NCBI GenBank assembly: GCA_950097015.1
Contig: CATNEN010000001.1
Span: forward strand, 10,478,001 to 10,542,000
DNA length: 64,000 bases
Reading direction: 5' to 3'
Source of the DNA: Macrostomum hystrix
Lineage: Eukaryota > Animalia > Platyhelminthes
Shown in pieces: positions 37,322 through 49,300 of this stretch. The notes under the pieces are model-generated. The model was not told the DNA's origin and ran no database searches. It saw only the letters and a list, made by a program, of their open reading frames with translations. A program made the translations under genes and the position numbers. The first letter of the stretch is position 1. The number at the start of each line of letters is the position of its first letter.

Positions 37322-40300
37322 TTAAAACTGCCAGAATTTCTTGTCTTTCTGCTTTTGAGCCAGTTGACTGGCCAGATTGCGATATTCCAGCGCAGCCTGC
37401 CGCATGCGCTCCGTCTGCTCGTCCACTTCGCCAAGCTTCTCTCCGCGTTCCAGACCTTTCTATAATGAGTATGACATACATAGCTTATCAGCCTAAGAGA
37501 TTGGAATTCGGCGGGTAAGAGAGCTTGATAACACTCTGGCGGAGTGAGGTGGAGGAGGGTAAGAGAGCTCGATACCACACTGAGAAAATTGAGATGGTGG
37601 GTAAGAGAGTTTGATAACACCCTGGGGGGCTGAGGTGGTGGGCAGTCTCGATAGCACACTGAGGGAGTGAGGTGGTGGGTAAGAGCTTGATAACACTCTG
37701 GGGGAGTGAGGTGGTGGGTTAAAGATATGATAGCACTCTGGTGAGTAAGGAGAAAGCTAAAATAAATTTCAAACTCGCCTGAAGAGCGTTGGCAATCTCG
37801 GAGTTGGCTCCGCTGGCACGGGCTCTAAGAGCTTCCATATTTTGCTGCGGTCCTTGCTTGACGGTGCAAATGCCGGACATGGGCTTGCCAGCAGCCGCTT
37901 CACCGACTTTAAAATTAGGTTCATTTAAAGAATAAATTGAAATGAAGAAGCACGCAAATAGCTCTACTGCAAGTAGACACAACCGACTCACAGATCTGTT
38001 CTCGGTCGATTGGAGGAGTGCTAGCGCTGCCAAATAGATTCTGGTTAAATTTTTCAAACAGACTCTTCTTTGGCGGCTCGGGCAGGTCGCAGGGTGTGTA
38101 CAGATCGGCCAGCATGTCGTTCAAATCGTTGCTTTAAATATAGACCAAGATAAATTGCATTTAAAACCATGGAAAGGCTTAACCCAACTAATCTAGCTAC
38201 CAACCCGCAGATCAAGCTACCATCTCGGATATCTAGCTACCACTCTACTAATCAAGCTACCTTCACACCGATCAAACTTCCACCCCAACTGATCAAGCTA
38301 CCACTCCACCGATCAAGCTACCACCCCACCGATCAAGCTACCACCCCACCGATCAAGCTACCACCCCACCGATCAAGCTACCACCCCACTGATCAAGCTA
38401 CCAGCCACCGATCAAGCTACCACTCTACTGATCAAGCTACCTCTCTACTGATCAAGCTAATAGCCTACTAATCAAGCTACTACTTGCCGATCTAGCCAAA
38501 ACAAAAACGATTCTACGTACTACTATAAGTAGCTTAAGCGTTAAAATAATCAAAACCTGGAGATAACTCACCACATATCACTGCAGATAGTAATTTTTTG
38601 CACTTCACTTGGCGAACAAAAATAAACAGCGTGACCATGGTTGCTGCACTGAAAGGTGCGACCAAATCTGAAAATGGTACGATAAATCCGATATTCAAAA
38701 TTACAATATTATTATAAACAACATTGCCTAAATGAGTTGTTAGTTACAGCTGTATATTTTTATAAAATGATATATTTCGATTAAAAAACAGCTCGACTCT
38801 CGTCTTATTCTTTGAAATAAAAATTAGGGCTACACGAGTTCTGAGTACGCGGAATTCGGGGTTCGTTACATGTTTTATGTTAAAAATATGCATGGGGCTA
38901 TGGCCAGGGACCCATATTCGGGCAATAGTCTATCCGCAACCAGTCAGGAGACCATTCTGCCCATTCCGCTGACTCCTGAGCACACAAAATCACACAGACC
39001 CCCGTACGCAGGCACACATAAACAGGTGTGTACATCTGCCCTAACTTTTCCATCGTGAGATCTACCGTTTCCTTCCTCAACTTCCATCTGTTCCTCATCA
39101 TCTACCGTCTCTCCCTCACCATCTACTATCTCTCCCTCATCATCTACAATCTCTCCCTCATCATCTACCATCTCTCCCTCACCATCTACCAACTCTCCCT
39201 CATCATCTACCATCTCTCCCTCACCATCTACCAACTCTCCCTCACCATCTACCAACTCTCCCTCATCATCTACCAACTCTCCCTCATCATCTACCAACTC
39301 TTCCTCATCATCTACCATCTATCCCTCACCATCCACTATCTCTCCCTCATCATCTACCATCTCTCCCTCACCATCTACCATCTTTCCCTCATTATCTACT
39401 GATTCCCACATTATCTGCCCTTGACCTGAGCTCACAAGCACACAGATACCGTACGCAGGCATACGCTCACACAGGTGTGTACATCTGCCCTGACTTTCTC
39501 ATCGTCAAGCGGTGTACACTGTCACAGTGCCTTGGAGGTAGGCACTCATGAGCGTAAATTGCACGACAAGCCCCCAAAAACTTCTCTCAGCGGCTGCGCC
39601 CCAAATGAATGTTGCATGGCCTCGGTATCGAGGCCTGAAATCTTCGCCAACTAAGCACCGCTTGAAAATTCGGGTTTCACAGAGTTTTCAGTACATGTCA
39701 AAGCAATTTAAAGCAATTTACAAAACCATAAGCCGAAAACAAAATTAAACATATAATTCCTATTGTGTTCTGGCAATCGACAAGCAAACAAAAGGTAGTG
39801 TGAGTTTGAGAACACTTGCAACAGACACGATAGAAGCATAAAGTGATAGACTGAGTGACGAATAGACAAACACCATCGAAATATTATACCAAAATAAAAA
39901 TAAAGTTAAAATAATTGTTCCGACTAACTAAGAGAAAAATATAGTTTTTAACCCAGTGATGACCAGAAAAAAAATTAGGCCATTGCTTTTGAGTACATGT
40001 GAAGCACATAATTAGTTTAAGAGACAATAAGCAAAGCACAATTGATCAATACGCTGAATTGGATCCATCTTCAATACCTGATCAAATAGCTGTCTCTATC
40101 CAAAACACGTCTAAAATAATAGAAGATTTCAATGAAGCACGCTTTCACAATGGCTGTTAGTTTGTTAATACGAGTTTGTACAAAAAATCGACGATGCTGA
40201 CGTCGGACTGCTTTGAAAATTAGTTCATCGTAAAGGGCAGAAAATTTTGATGAATATGGTGGACTTTCACGAAAATCGGTCATTCGGTTTGGGAGCTATC

Positions 40301-43300
40301 GTCAAGTGGGCAGTGGGTATTTGAAATAGCCTGTGGACTTTCTACTGCTAATTAAAACGGCACAAACCTACCTGACATCCACGCTGGGTGCATAGTCGAC
40401 GTCCATCAGCGGTTTTAAACCCGGCAGAGAGTTCACAACAATGTGACCATTGGCTAGGAGGCAGACTAGGCAGGCGTGGCCCCTCACCATGGTAACCGCC
40501 GCCTTAGCAACGCTAGAAGTTTCCGTGAGTTTCTTCTTGGCGCAGCAGGTCAGGGATGGCAGGCTGAGTATTCGGACCTGCTTATCCGAGCAGAGGCTCA
40601 CCAGCTGCGTGTCCTCGGCAGCTGGCGGCGGACTGTACAACAGGCTGACAGCCTGCATGGCGCCAAGCATGCGGATGAGTGTGCCGGATGGAGCAGCAGC
40701 CGCCGCTTGCACTGCCCTGGCCGCTTCCGTTGGCGGCAGTTGCAGCCGGACCGGAAACAGCGAGCCGTGCGAGGTACCAATCCACAGCGTGGGCGTTGGA
40801 TTGGGATCTGGGATCAATTGGGAAGTTTGTTCTCTCAGAATGAGTGCGCGACTTAAGGATAACTGTAATTGCAGGAGGGCTGCGGGCAGTGGCACATCAT
40901 TTGATGACACTAGACCCGCTGCCAGCGAGAAGGCAATTCTGCCCATTTCGCTGACTCCTGAGCACACACGCACACAGATACTGTACGCAGGCACACGCTC
41001 ACACAGGTGTGTACATCTGCCATGACTTTCTCATGGTCAGGCACTGTACACTGTCACTGTGCCTTGGTGTTTGGCCCTCAAGGGCGTAAACTGCACGACA
41101 AGAGCTCAAGCCTACTGTACGTGGCTGCGCCCCAAATGAATGTTGGCCTCGCCGCGGAATCGAGCTCAGGACCATTGGCGAGAGAGGCAAAGAGCTACTC
41201 TGCCACTTCTGCGACAAACACGCAGCCTTCGTGACGAAGCTGTTGACTACGGAGTCTTGTCTACCAACAAACGTCACGAGTGAAACGAAGTCTTGGCTTG
41301 ATAATAACGGGTGCGCTTAATTATGAAGTAATATCTAAAATCGATTCGATTCCGGACTTCACAAAAAAACAATCCATTTAACATGATCTAGAAATTTAAG
41401 ACAAGTCTCACCTATCTTCCTTAGTTGAGCTAGTCCGAATTGCAGCAGGACCACAGCCTCCTTGTTGCAATGCTCAAGACTAGATGTGCTGCTGCTGCAC
41501 GAGCGAGAGAAGTTGTCCGATTTGTCTGAAGGCGATGGGAGAAATACGAACAAAGTGTCAGAAATCGAACTGAGAAACGAACAGGTCGCAATGTCGCCCC
41601 TAGCAACAAGCGCATGTACACACGCAGACAAACAGACACGCACAATGTGATTACAATACTAAACTACCACAAAGATTTGTGCGAACATGTTCATCATAAA
41701 CATCGGCATCGTCTAGATATTCAACGTTTCTCGTCGGGGTTTTTTCTTGTTGTCTTTGTCACCAGGGTTTTCGTCAAGAGTCGCTGAATATCACGACGAA
41801 AGGGCAGAAGATTTTGATTCCGATGGTGGACTTTCGCGAAAATAGGTAATTCGGTTTGGGAGCTATTGTGAAGTTAAGTTGCTAAGGTGGCTTAACAATT
41901 AACAAGATACAGACACACACATAGTTGCTACATAGTTGCATGCAATGTCTTATGCAGCATGTTAATGTGGGAGTTATTTAAACGTTTGAGAATGAAGGAG
42001 TCGGAAGTTGTTGAACAAAGGAAAATGAGGTTGAGAAATATTCGATGACAACTTTGAGATTATATGATAGCAAAAAGCGCTTATAAAAATTCTATTTTAT
42101 AGAAAAAATCTGCAATAGGACAATTAGTTCTTATAAAGAAGATAGCTTTGCTACAACTATAATAACGGTATTGAGAAAACAGGTTACTAAAAATAGTTGA
42201 AAATATTGTGTAAACTATGAGATTGGGTCATTGCAATATTATACTGGTTGTGCAAGTGTAAAATATGTGCGGTAATGTATGAATATACAGACTAGCTCTA
42301 TGCAATGTACCAAAAGGCTAGACAAGTGCAATATAGGCCAGAGAAGTTTGAAAGCATCAGGGAAGTTTAAATGGGTCAGGGAAGTTTAAATGGGTCAGGG
42401 AAGTTTAAATGGGTCAGGGAAGTTTAAATGGGTCAGGGAAGTCAAAATGGGTCAGGGAAGTTTAAATGGGTCAGGGAAGCCAAAATGGGTCAGGGAAGTC
42501 AAATTGGGTCAGGGAAGTCAAATTGGGTCAGGGAAGTCAAAATGGGTCAGGGAAGTCAAAAAGGGTCAGGGAATTTAGAATGGGGCAGGTAAGTGAAAAA
42601 AGATTCCAGATTCTTGCTAAGTTATCAGAAAATAATTTTCGTGTTTAGACAACAGACAATAGCATGGCGTATAAATTTGTCACAAAACAACAAAAATTAT
42701 ACAAAAAAATGTAAGCATGCAAGCTGGGCGGGTGAGTCTACACTTACAATGTGGTAACATCGACTAAATAAAATAACAGAACTTAGCATTTAAATATGAA
42801 CCAAGTAGGTAGTAGCATAGTCGGCAGTGGTATTAAAAATTAAAAGTGAAACTGAAAATAGAATAAATCATGTGTGTTAGGCTACCAAACGAAGAAGAAG
42901 CGGCTGTGTTTGAGCTGCCGGGCCCGCTAGACGGCTCTTCTAAACTACGAACGAAGTGGGACGCGGCGTGCGAATAATTAACCCTAAGGTAGTGCTGCTG
43001 CTGCTGCTGCTGCAGCGGCTGCGGCTGATAATAGCGAGCAACGACGACTTCGCTAGTCTGACCTTGACTGCGGGCCCGCTTCAGTTCGGCTCGGGTGGTG
43101 GCGGCCGAGGCGGCTGCGGCTACGACTGAGCCTCCGGAAGCACTGGACGGATTATCGGAGCGTCGGACGTAGCGGCCGGGAGCTGCTGGAGTAGCTGTGG
43201 GCTGCGGAGGAACCAGCGGCGGCGTTGGCTGCTGCTGCTGCTGCTGCTGCTGAGAGGAGGCCATTGTCGATAGGCACCCGGAGCTGCCGGCGACGCCGTG

Positions 43301-46300
43301 ATGAAGCTGATGATGCTGATGCTGCTGTTGCTGCTGCTGAGCTGGCAAACCGTTGGCCTGTTTTTACAGACAGAGACAGAAACAGAGCAGAGCGAAGGAA
43401 GACACGGAGATAGTGAGAAGCGCGAGATGTCAGAAAAGAAAGAATAGAAAGAGAATCACACAAACGGGGTAGGGGGGGGGCGGGGCCAGCAATTAGACCA
43501 ACTTGCAAGCATTCCACTTTCTCAATAAGCTTACCGCCGCAAAGCACGGCATTGGCTGCTGTCAAGGGCACTGGCCTGAGCCTCTTGCACGGCAAAGAAT
43601 CGTCACGCAGATCCCAAAGCTGACACGGCAACTGCTGCTGCTGCTGTTGCTGTGGCTGGTGCTGCTGCTGTTGCTGCACCGTTGGCGTCACAGTCAATGG
43701 CTGAATGCTGGGTGCTGTGAGACGCTTAGCCAATAAGTGAGACCGAGGAGGTGGGTCAGCATTGGTTGCTGAGGCCGACAGCTCAGCGAAATTAGTCTCG
43801 CAGCTCACAAGAGACCCCGGTCGGCGCGGCTGCGGAGGCGGCGGACGCGGCGGAGGCGGCGGAGGCGGCGCCGAAGGCTTCGGTGTCACTGAATGATTTG
43901 AACCTGAAACGGCGTCGTCACTTGCTGACGGCAGCGACGTGACCGATGATGAAACTGGAAAGCCGGGCGGTGTTGTAGCGTTAGACGCAGGCTCTGATCG
44001 CTGATACTGTTCATGCTTCGGCTGCTCCTCCGAAATAGTCGGACTAATCGACTCAATATTGACATAGTCGTCATCGTCATCAACACGATTCGGCCCTGTC
44101 AACGCGACCTCCTTGCTATCGCTGTGCTCTGTCACGTGACTATCTGACTCTGTCAACTCTCCGTGCCTTTGAGATTCGTTGAACTTTGCGCAAGACTCGG
44201 TACTCTGCAATAGGCGATAAGTGCGTATACCGCAAGCGGTTGGCTTGCGAAGGCGCACTATTGACTGCGAGCCAGGCGATGAAGCTTCAACAGCAGCAGC
44301 AGTAGCAGCAGCAGCAACAGCAGGAACAGGAGACGTTGCTGTATCACTATGGTTTTGAGCTACTGTTCCAGAACTGGTTGCATCATGGTTGCTGTCAATG
44401 CTTGCTAAAGCTCGACTATGCTGAATGATGGCAGTGCTCTACAAAGCAAGGAACAGAAATAGGTGGTGATGCTATTGAAACATAATCAAAGGTCAATGAA
44501 AGTAAGGTAAACATAAACTATATAAATAAAGGCAAATTTACGCAACAACAAATACCATGATAACGTATTTTATAATTTAAACTGTCGTAAGTGATAACAA
44601 TAACACTTTGTAAAACGATTTTTGGCATTAAAATGTACAATGTTTAATAATTGCTTCTGGCATAGATACTAGAAATTCCATTTAAATGTCAATTGTCAAT
44701 AGACAAGATCATCTGCTAGAGTAATGAAATCGTAATTACAAAGCTGCTATTCTACTGTTCATGGCCACTGTTCATAATAGATATTCAACCAAGAAAAAGA
44801 CGAACGAACTCCACATTAAAGCTAAAATGTTAATCGTTTGTTTTACAGTTTGCTATGTTTTCGGGTTTTTTGAACGAATTTTAAAGAGGATTAAGTACTG
44901 GAAACCGTAATTTCCTAAACAACATATATTATTCCGATCTTAAAGTACTTTTGGAGGGACTACTCGTCATTTGAGGAAAGATTTTGTTTACAGTGGGTGT
45001 CACAAAACTAAGTTTGCAAAACGCAAAATTGTACTAAAGTGTAGGAGTGAGTATTGGTTAAAAAACACAATAAAGCATAATACTATAGAAGATATATAAT
45101 AATGGTTGATATTTAATAAATAAATATTAAACACAGGAAATAAAAAATACGATTACAACATTATTGCAGAATGGAAAGCTTTAAAATGGAAAGTTTTTAA
45201 AGCTGAAGCTCTAATTTAGTAAGCGAAAAAATTGAATGCAGAGCCCTGAATAAACGATAATAATTAGTTTATCGTTTATCGTTAATAATAAGTTCAAAAC
45301 GATAACTATGAAAACCTTGACAGCAAACATGTCACAACTGTTCTTTAATTCTGACCTGCGAGTTTTCAATTCAAGCCGTGACGGCCGACCTGTAAGCCCT
45401 TTTACAGACTATTGCCAAATTTTACAAAGCCGGAAAAAAATCGTACACAATTACGATTCTGTAGTGTTAAGTTTGATTAAAATAGCATATTTTAAACTTT
45501 TTATATTAGAAAGAGCTCGCTTTGCTAAACTTAGAACCAATAAAAATTAAACAACATTAAGCGGTTTGATAATTTCTTTAATGGTTAATTTAAACGTGCT
45601 TGCTCGCGGTAATAGGTTCACACAGTATTTCGATTTTTCTGTTTCCACGTAAAACAGTAAATGTAAATAAAAATATATTAATTATTAATAGCTTATTACC
45701 CCGCTGTACGATTAATAAATTTAATGCAAGTTTACATAATTTCCACCTGGAATAATCTCCATTTGCAGTGCCGTGCAGTGATTTATCGATATTATTTAAC
45801 TTTCGATAGTGACAGAACGACTAGCTCCCATCCGGGGAGCTAGACGCTTTTTAAGTCGTCATGAATGTTTAAATCTCAACTTAGTAAAACGTAGAAATAA
45901 AAAAATTATTTTTTTTTATCTTGGTCTTAGAAATTTAGATTTAAACGTACATAGCAAGTGTACTCAAAAAACTATTCTACAATGCTTTTGTGCACTGGAA
46001 AGATTTACAAGTAAAAAGTATGGTTCCTATGGTTCTTTACGTTCAATAAGTTCATTTTGCTCATCTAAAACATAAGGATAAAAGTTGTGGAAGCATTCTT
46101 ATACAATAAATATTTGTTGGCACATTCCAACATTTCAACACCAAGTTGAACAACACAACGCATTTTCATCAATAGCAATTATTTCTCATTTCGAAACAGC
46201 TGGAAAAGCAAATCTATTCACACTATCAAACTGCATTAATGATAATAACCTTAGTTGAAGAGTCAATAATTTGATGCCACTTAGAATGTGCCTTCGTCTT

Positions 46301-49300
46301 CTTGGAAGTGTCTGGGCTAGGGCACTGAAAGTGCATATTTGTTTCACTTTGTCAATTGCTAGTTTCTCGTCGCCAAGTATAAAATTACGTAAAATAAATT
46401 ACGTAAAAAGCTAGTAGAAGTCAATTTTTTACTTCTTAACGACTAAATAAATCCAGTCGAGTAATAAAATCCTTAATTTGAATGAAGTTTCCCCATATAA
46501 AAAAGATCAAAATTTATACACTGGCACTATAGAATAAATTTACCCAGTAAAATTTCAAAGAACATTCTAGTTATGGTAGAACTGTGAAAAACATCTAGGT
46601 TTTTCATTTAGCAGATTTCGGAAAAGAATCGGTTCCGAAATTCAATGAAAGAAAGCAGCAGAACATTGCAGCACATTGCTTTGCCACGTGAGCCATTCTA
46701 GCAGCTAAGGATAGTACTAAAAAAGCTGTCAAAACTGGTTAAAATTATATGCTACGGGAAGATTTTTTGGAAGATTATTTTTATCTGACAGCTTTATTTC
46801 CGTTAAATTAAGAACTTTTTCTCTTTCTGGAACGACGCAACGAAAAGCTTTCTAGTAGTACATAATGAAAAAAAAATTACCGAATAGCAGCGCTTTTTAT
46901 TAGGACAAATTTTAGTTTTGAAATTTCCCTTAATTTCCAACAATCGCTACTAACGTTAAAGTGCAAAAGTAGTGTGTAATGTGCAAATAATTTGTTTGTA
47001 CGCTACTTATTTTCAGTGCGATTGCTTATTGTTGCAGAGGGATGCTATCTGATAGTTCATTTGTTCTGCAAATAATCAATCCCTTTAAACCAAAAGCGTT
47101 TTAAGAGACAACACTATTGTAAATAATGCGAAATAACTATATGTAAATATATGGGTGCACATGAAAACGTTGTTTAATTCTGTTACAAGTATAATATTTG
47201 ATCTTGAATAGTATAAAAATAAAGTCTACTATGGAAACTGGTATTGGTACATGGTTAAGCAATTATAAGGTTTTACTAAAAAATCAACAAAAACTTGTAT
47301 TTGCTATAAAAATTGCAACTAAAATAATTCCGATACTGCTTATCTGAACAATCTTAGGGTTCATAGTTATGAATAAAATTATTAATGCTTTTGTTATATG
47401 TTTAGTGTTTCGAGCAAGAAAATAGTTTTTTATTGTGTAATCTGTTAAAAAATATTGATTTGAATAGTTTAACAATAAATGCTAAAACTTCATTTTTAAC
47501 GAGTTTAATCACACAAATACATAAATAAGTATTTAATTATGTATCGCGGTTTAAACTTTTAGTGAGAATCTAAAAAGGATTTTTATTTTGCGTGTTTGTG
47601 TTACTGATTTTTTTGTCCGCAAAATTCGATGTTGCTTTGCTTTTTCTTTGTAAACAATTATCGCAAGTAAATAAACAAATTATAAATAATTTTGTCTTCT
47701 CTAAACTACGGCTAAGACAAAAGATAGTATTTGTGAATAAACGCCGTTTAGGGTGTTGTTATAAGCATAAATTAATATAAGAAATAACAATGGGAAAGCG
47801 GGTTGATAAACTACAGCATTTTCTTTATGATAATGGAAGCCAAACAAAATTTGCCCAATTTCTCTACTACTGCTTCCCATACAGGCACTAGGGTGCGATC
47901 TTTGAATGCCCACCTCGTTGGCCTTCATTACGTTGATCTGCTGGCAAGACTTAGTCTTTTTATCACAGCGCAGCGCTTTAAACTGGTGCATGCGCAGCTG
48001 CGGCGATGATGGCAGCCCGCCGGCCATTGCGCCAGACGGAAACGAATGATGCAAGCACTGCACGCATATTTGTTTGATTGCGTTATGTGTGGGAATTCAA
48101 TATTATGTTTGTATTTCTGTTTCTAAAATGTATTACTTTAATTAGGAAAATATTCTTTTTTTTCAAACGCAATGCTACGTTTCTTCAAAAAATTGTGTAA
48201 ATGTGATTTAAACAAATATATATTAAACTTAAATAAACAAAACAGGAAAAGAAATTCATAGAATTTGTAGCAGTAAAGGATTTAAGAAAAATATTTGCTT
48301 TCACATGTTTTTTTAAATTTAATTCTACAACAATAGTTAATTTTAGTTATAGAAAGGTATTTCAATTGAATCATAGTAATTTTAATTTTGATCATAGTAA
48401 TTTTGTTGGCCTAACGTTACTGAGCGAAAAGCATGTCGTTGTAATCCCCAAAAATAAATATACAGGTATATTTGCCCATACGAAACCATTATTAAAATAT
48501 CACGCTGTTAATTGTAGACTAAACTTTCTTAAGTACAATATAGCTGACAGAGAAAATCATTTTGAGCCTGTTACAGCACATGTAAAAGCAGACTGCAGTT
48601 AAATAAACATCTACTTACCAATATCTTAATTTACACAGAATATAAAAAACTATAGACCAAAATTAAATAAAATAAAAGAAAGTATTAGTTAAAACAAAAG
48701 CCAAGAAGGCTGAAGCCGGAAAAAATCAAACTTTACCTGCTCAGAGCCCTGCAATCGGTCGTCTTTCTTCCCGCCAGTTGGCGAGCGCAGATTGCGAACG
48801 TGAGTGTCCACGGAGCCTGACCACGTGAAATAATATTCTGGTGTAAAATTACGAGTGGAAATATTCAATGTTTTTTATTAATTATATTTAATCAAAGCTT
48901 TACCGTGCAGATCCGGAGTGCACAATGTCATCAGGGGGCTACCCTGTACTGTGTCCACCAATCCGACACCGTTTTCATTGCCAATAGCCAAACTGAAAAT
49001 TAGTTAATTTTGAGTCATTTAAATTCTGGACGATTGGATCAATTGGATCAATAACTAGCTCTAGCTAATGCTGGCCAGAAGTTTAGTGTCCATGGACTTT
49101 GTGAGGACCCCGAGCTGGACCCAGCCAGGAGTGCTCATTTTACAGTCAGGGAGCAGACATTGAACAAAAGGACAAACGATGAGACAGTTACGATCGTAGA
49201 TCGCTCGCTTACATCTGGAACTCTGCCGAATATTTCGCAGTAATAATCGGCGCCGGTTGGCAATCCGGACAGGCGGTTGCTAGGCGACAGATGAGCTCGG

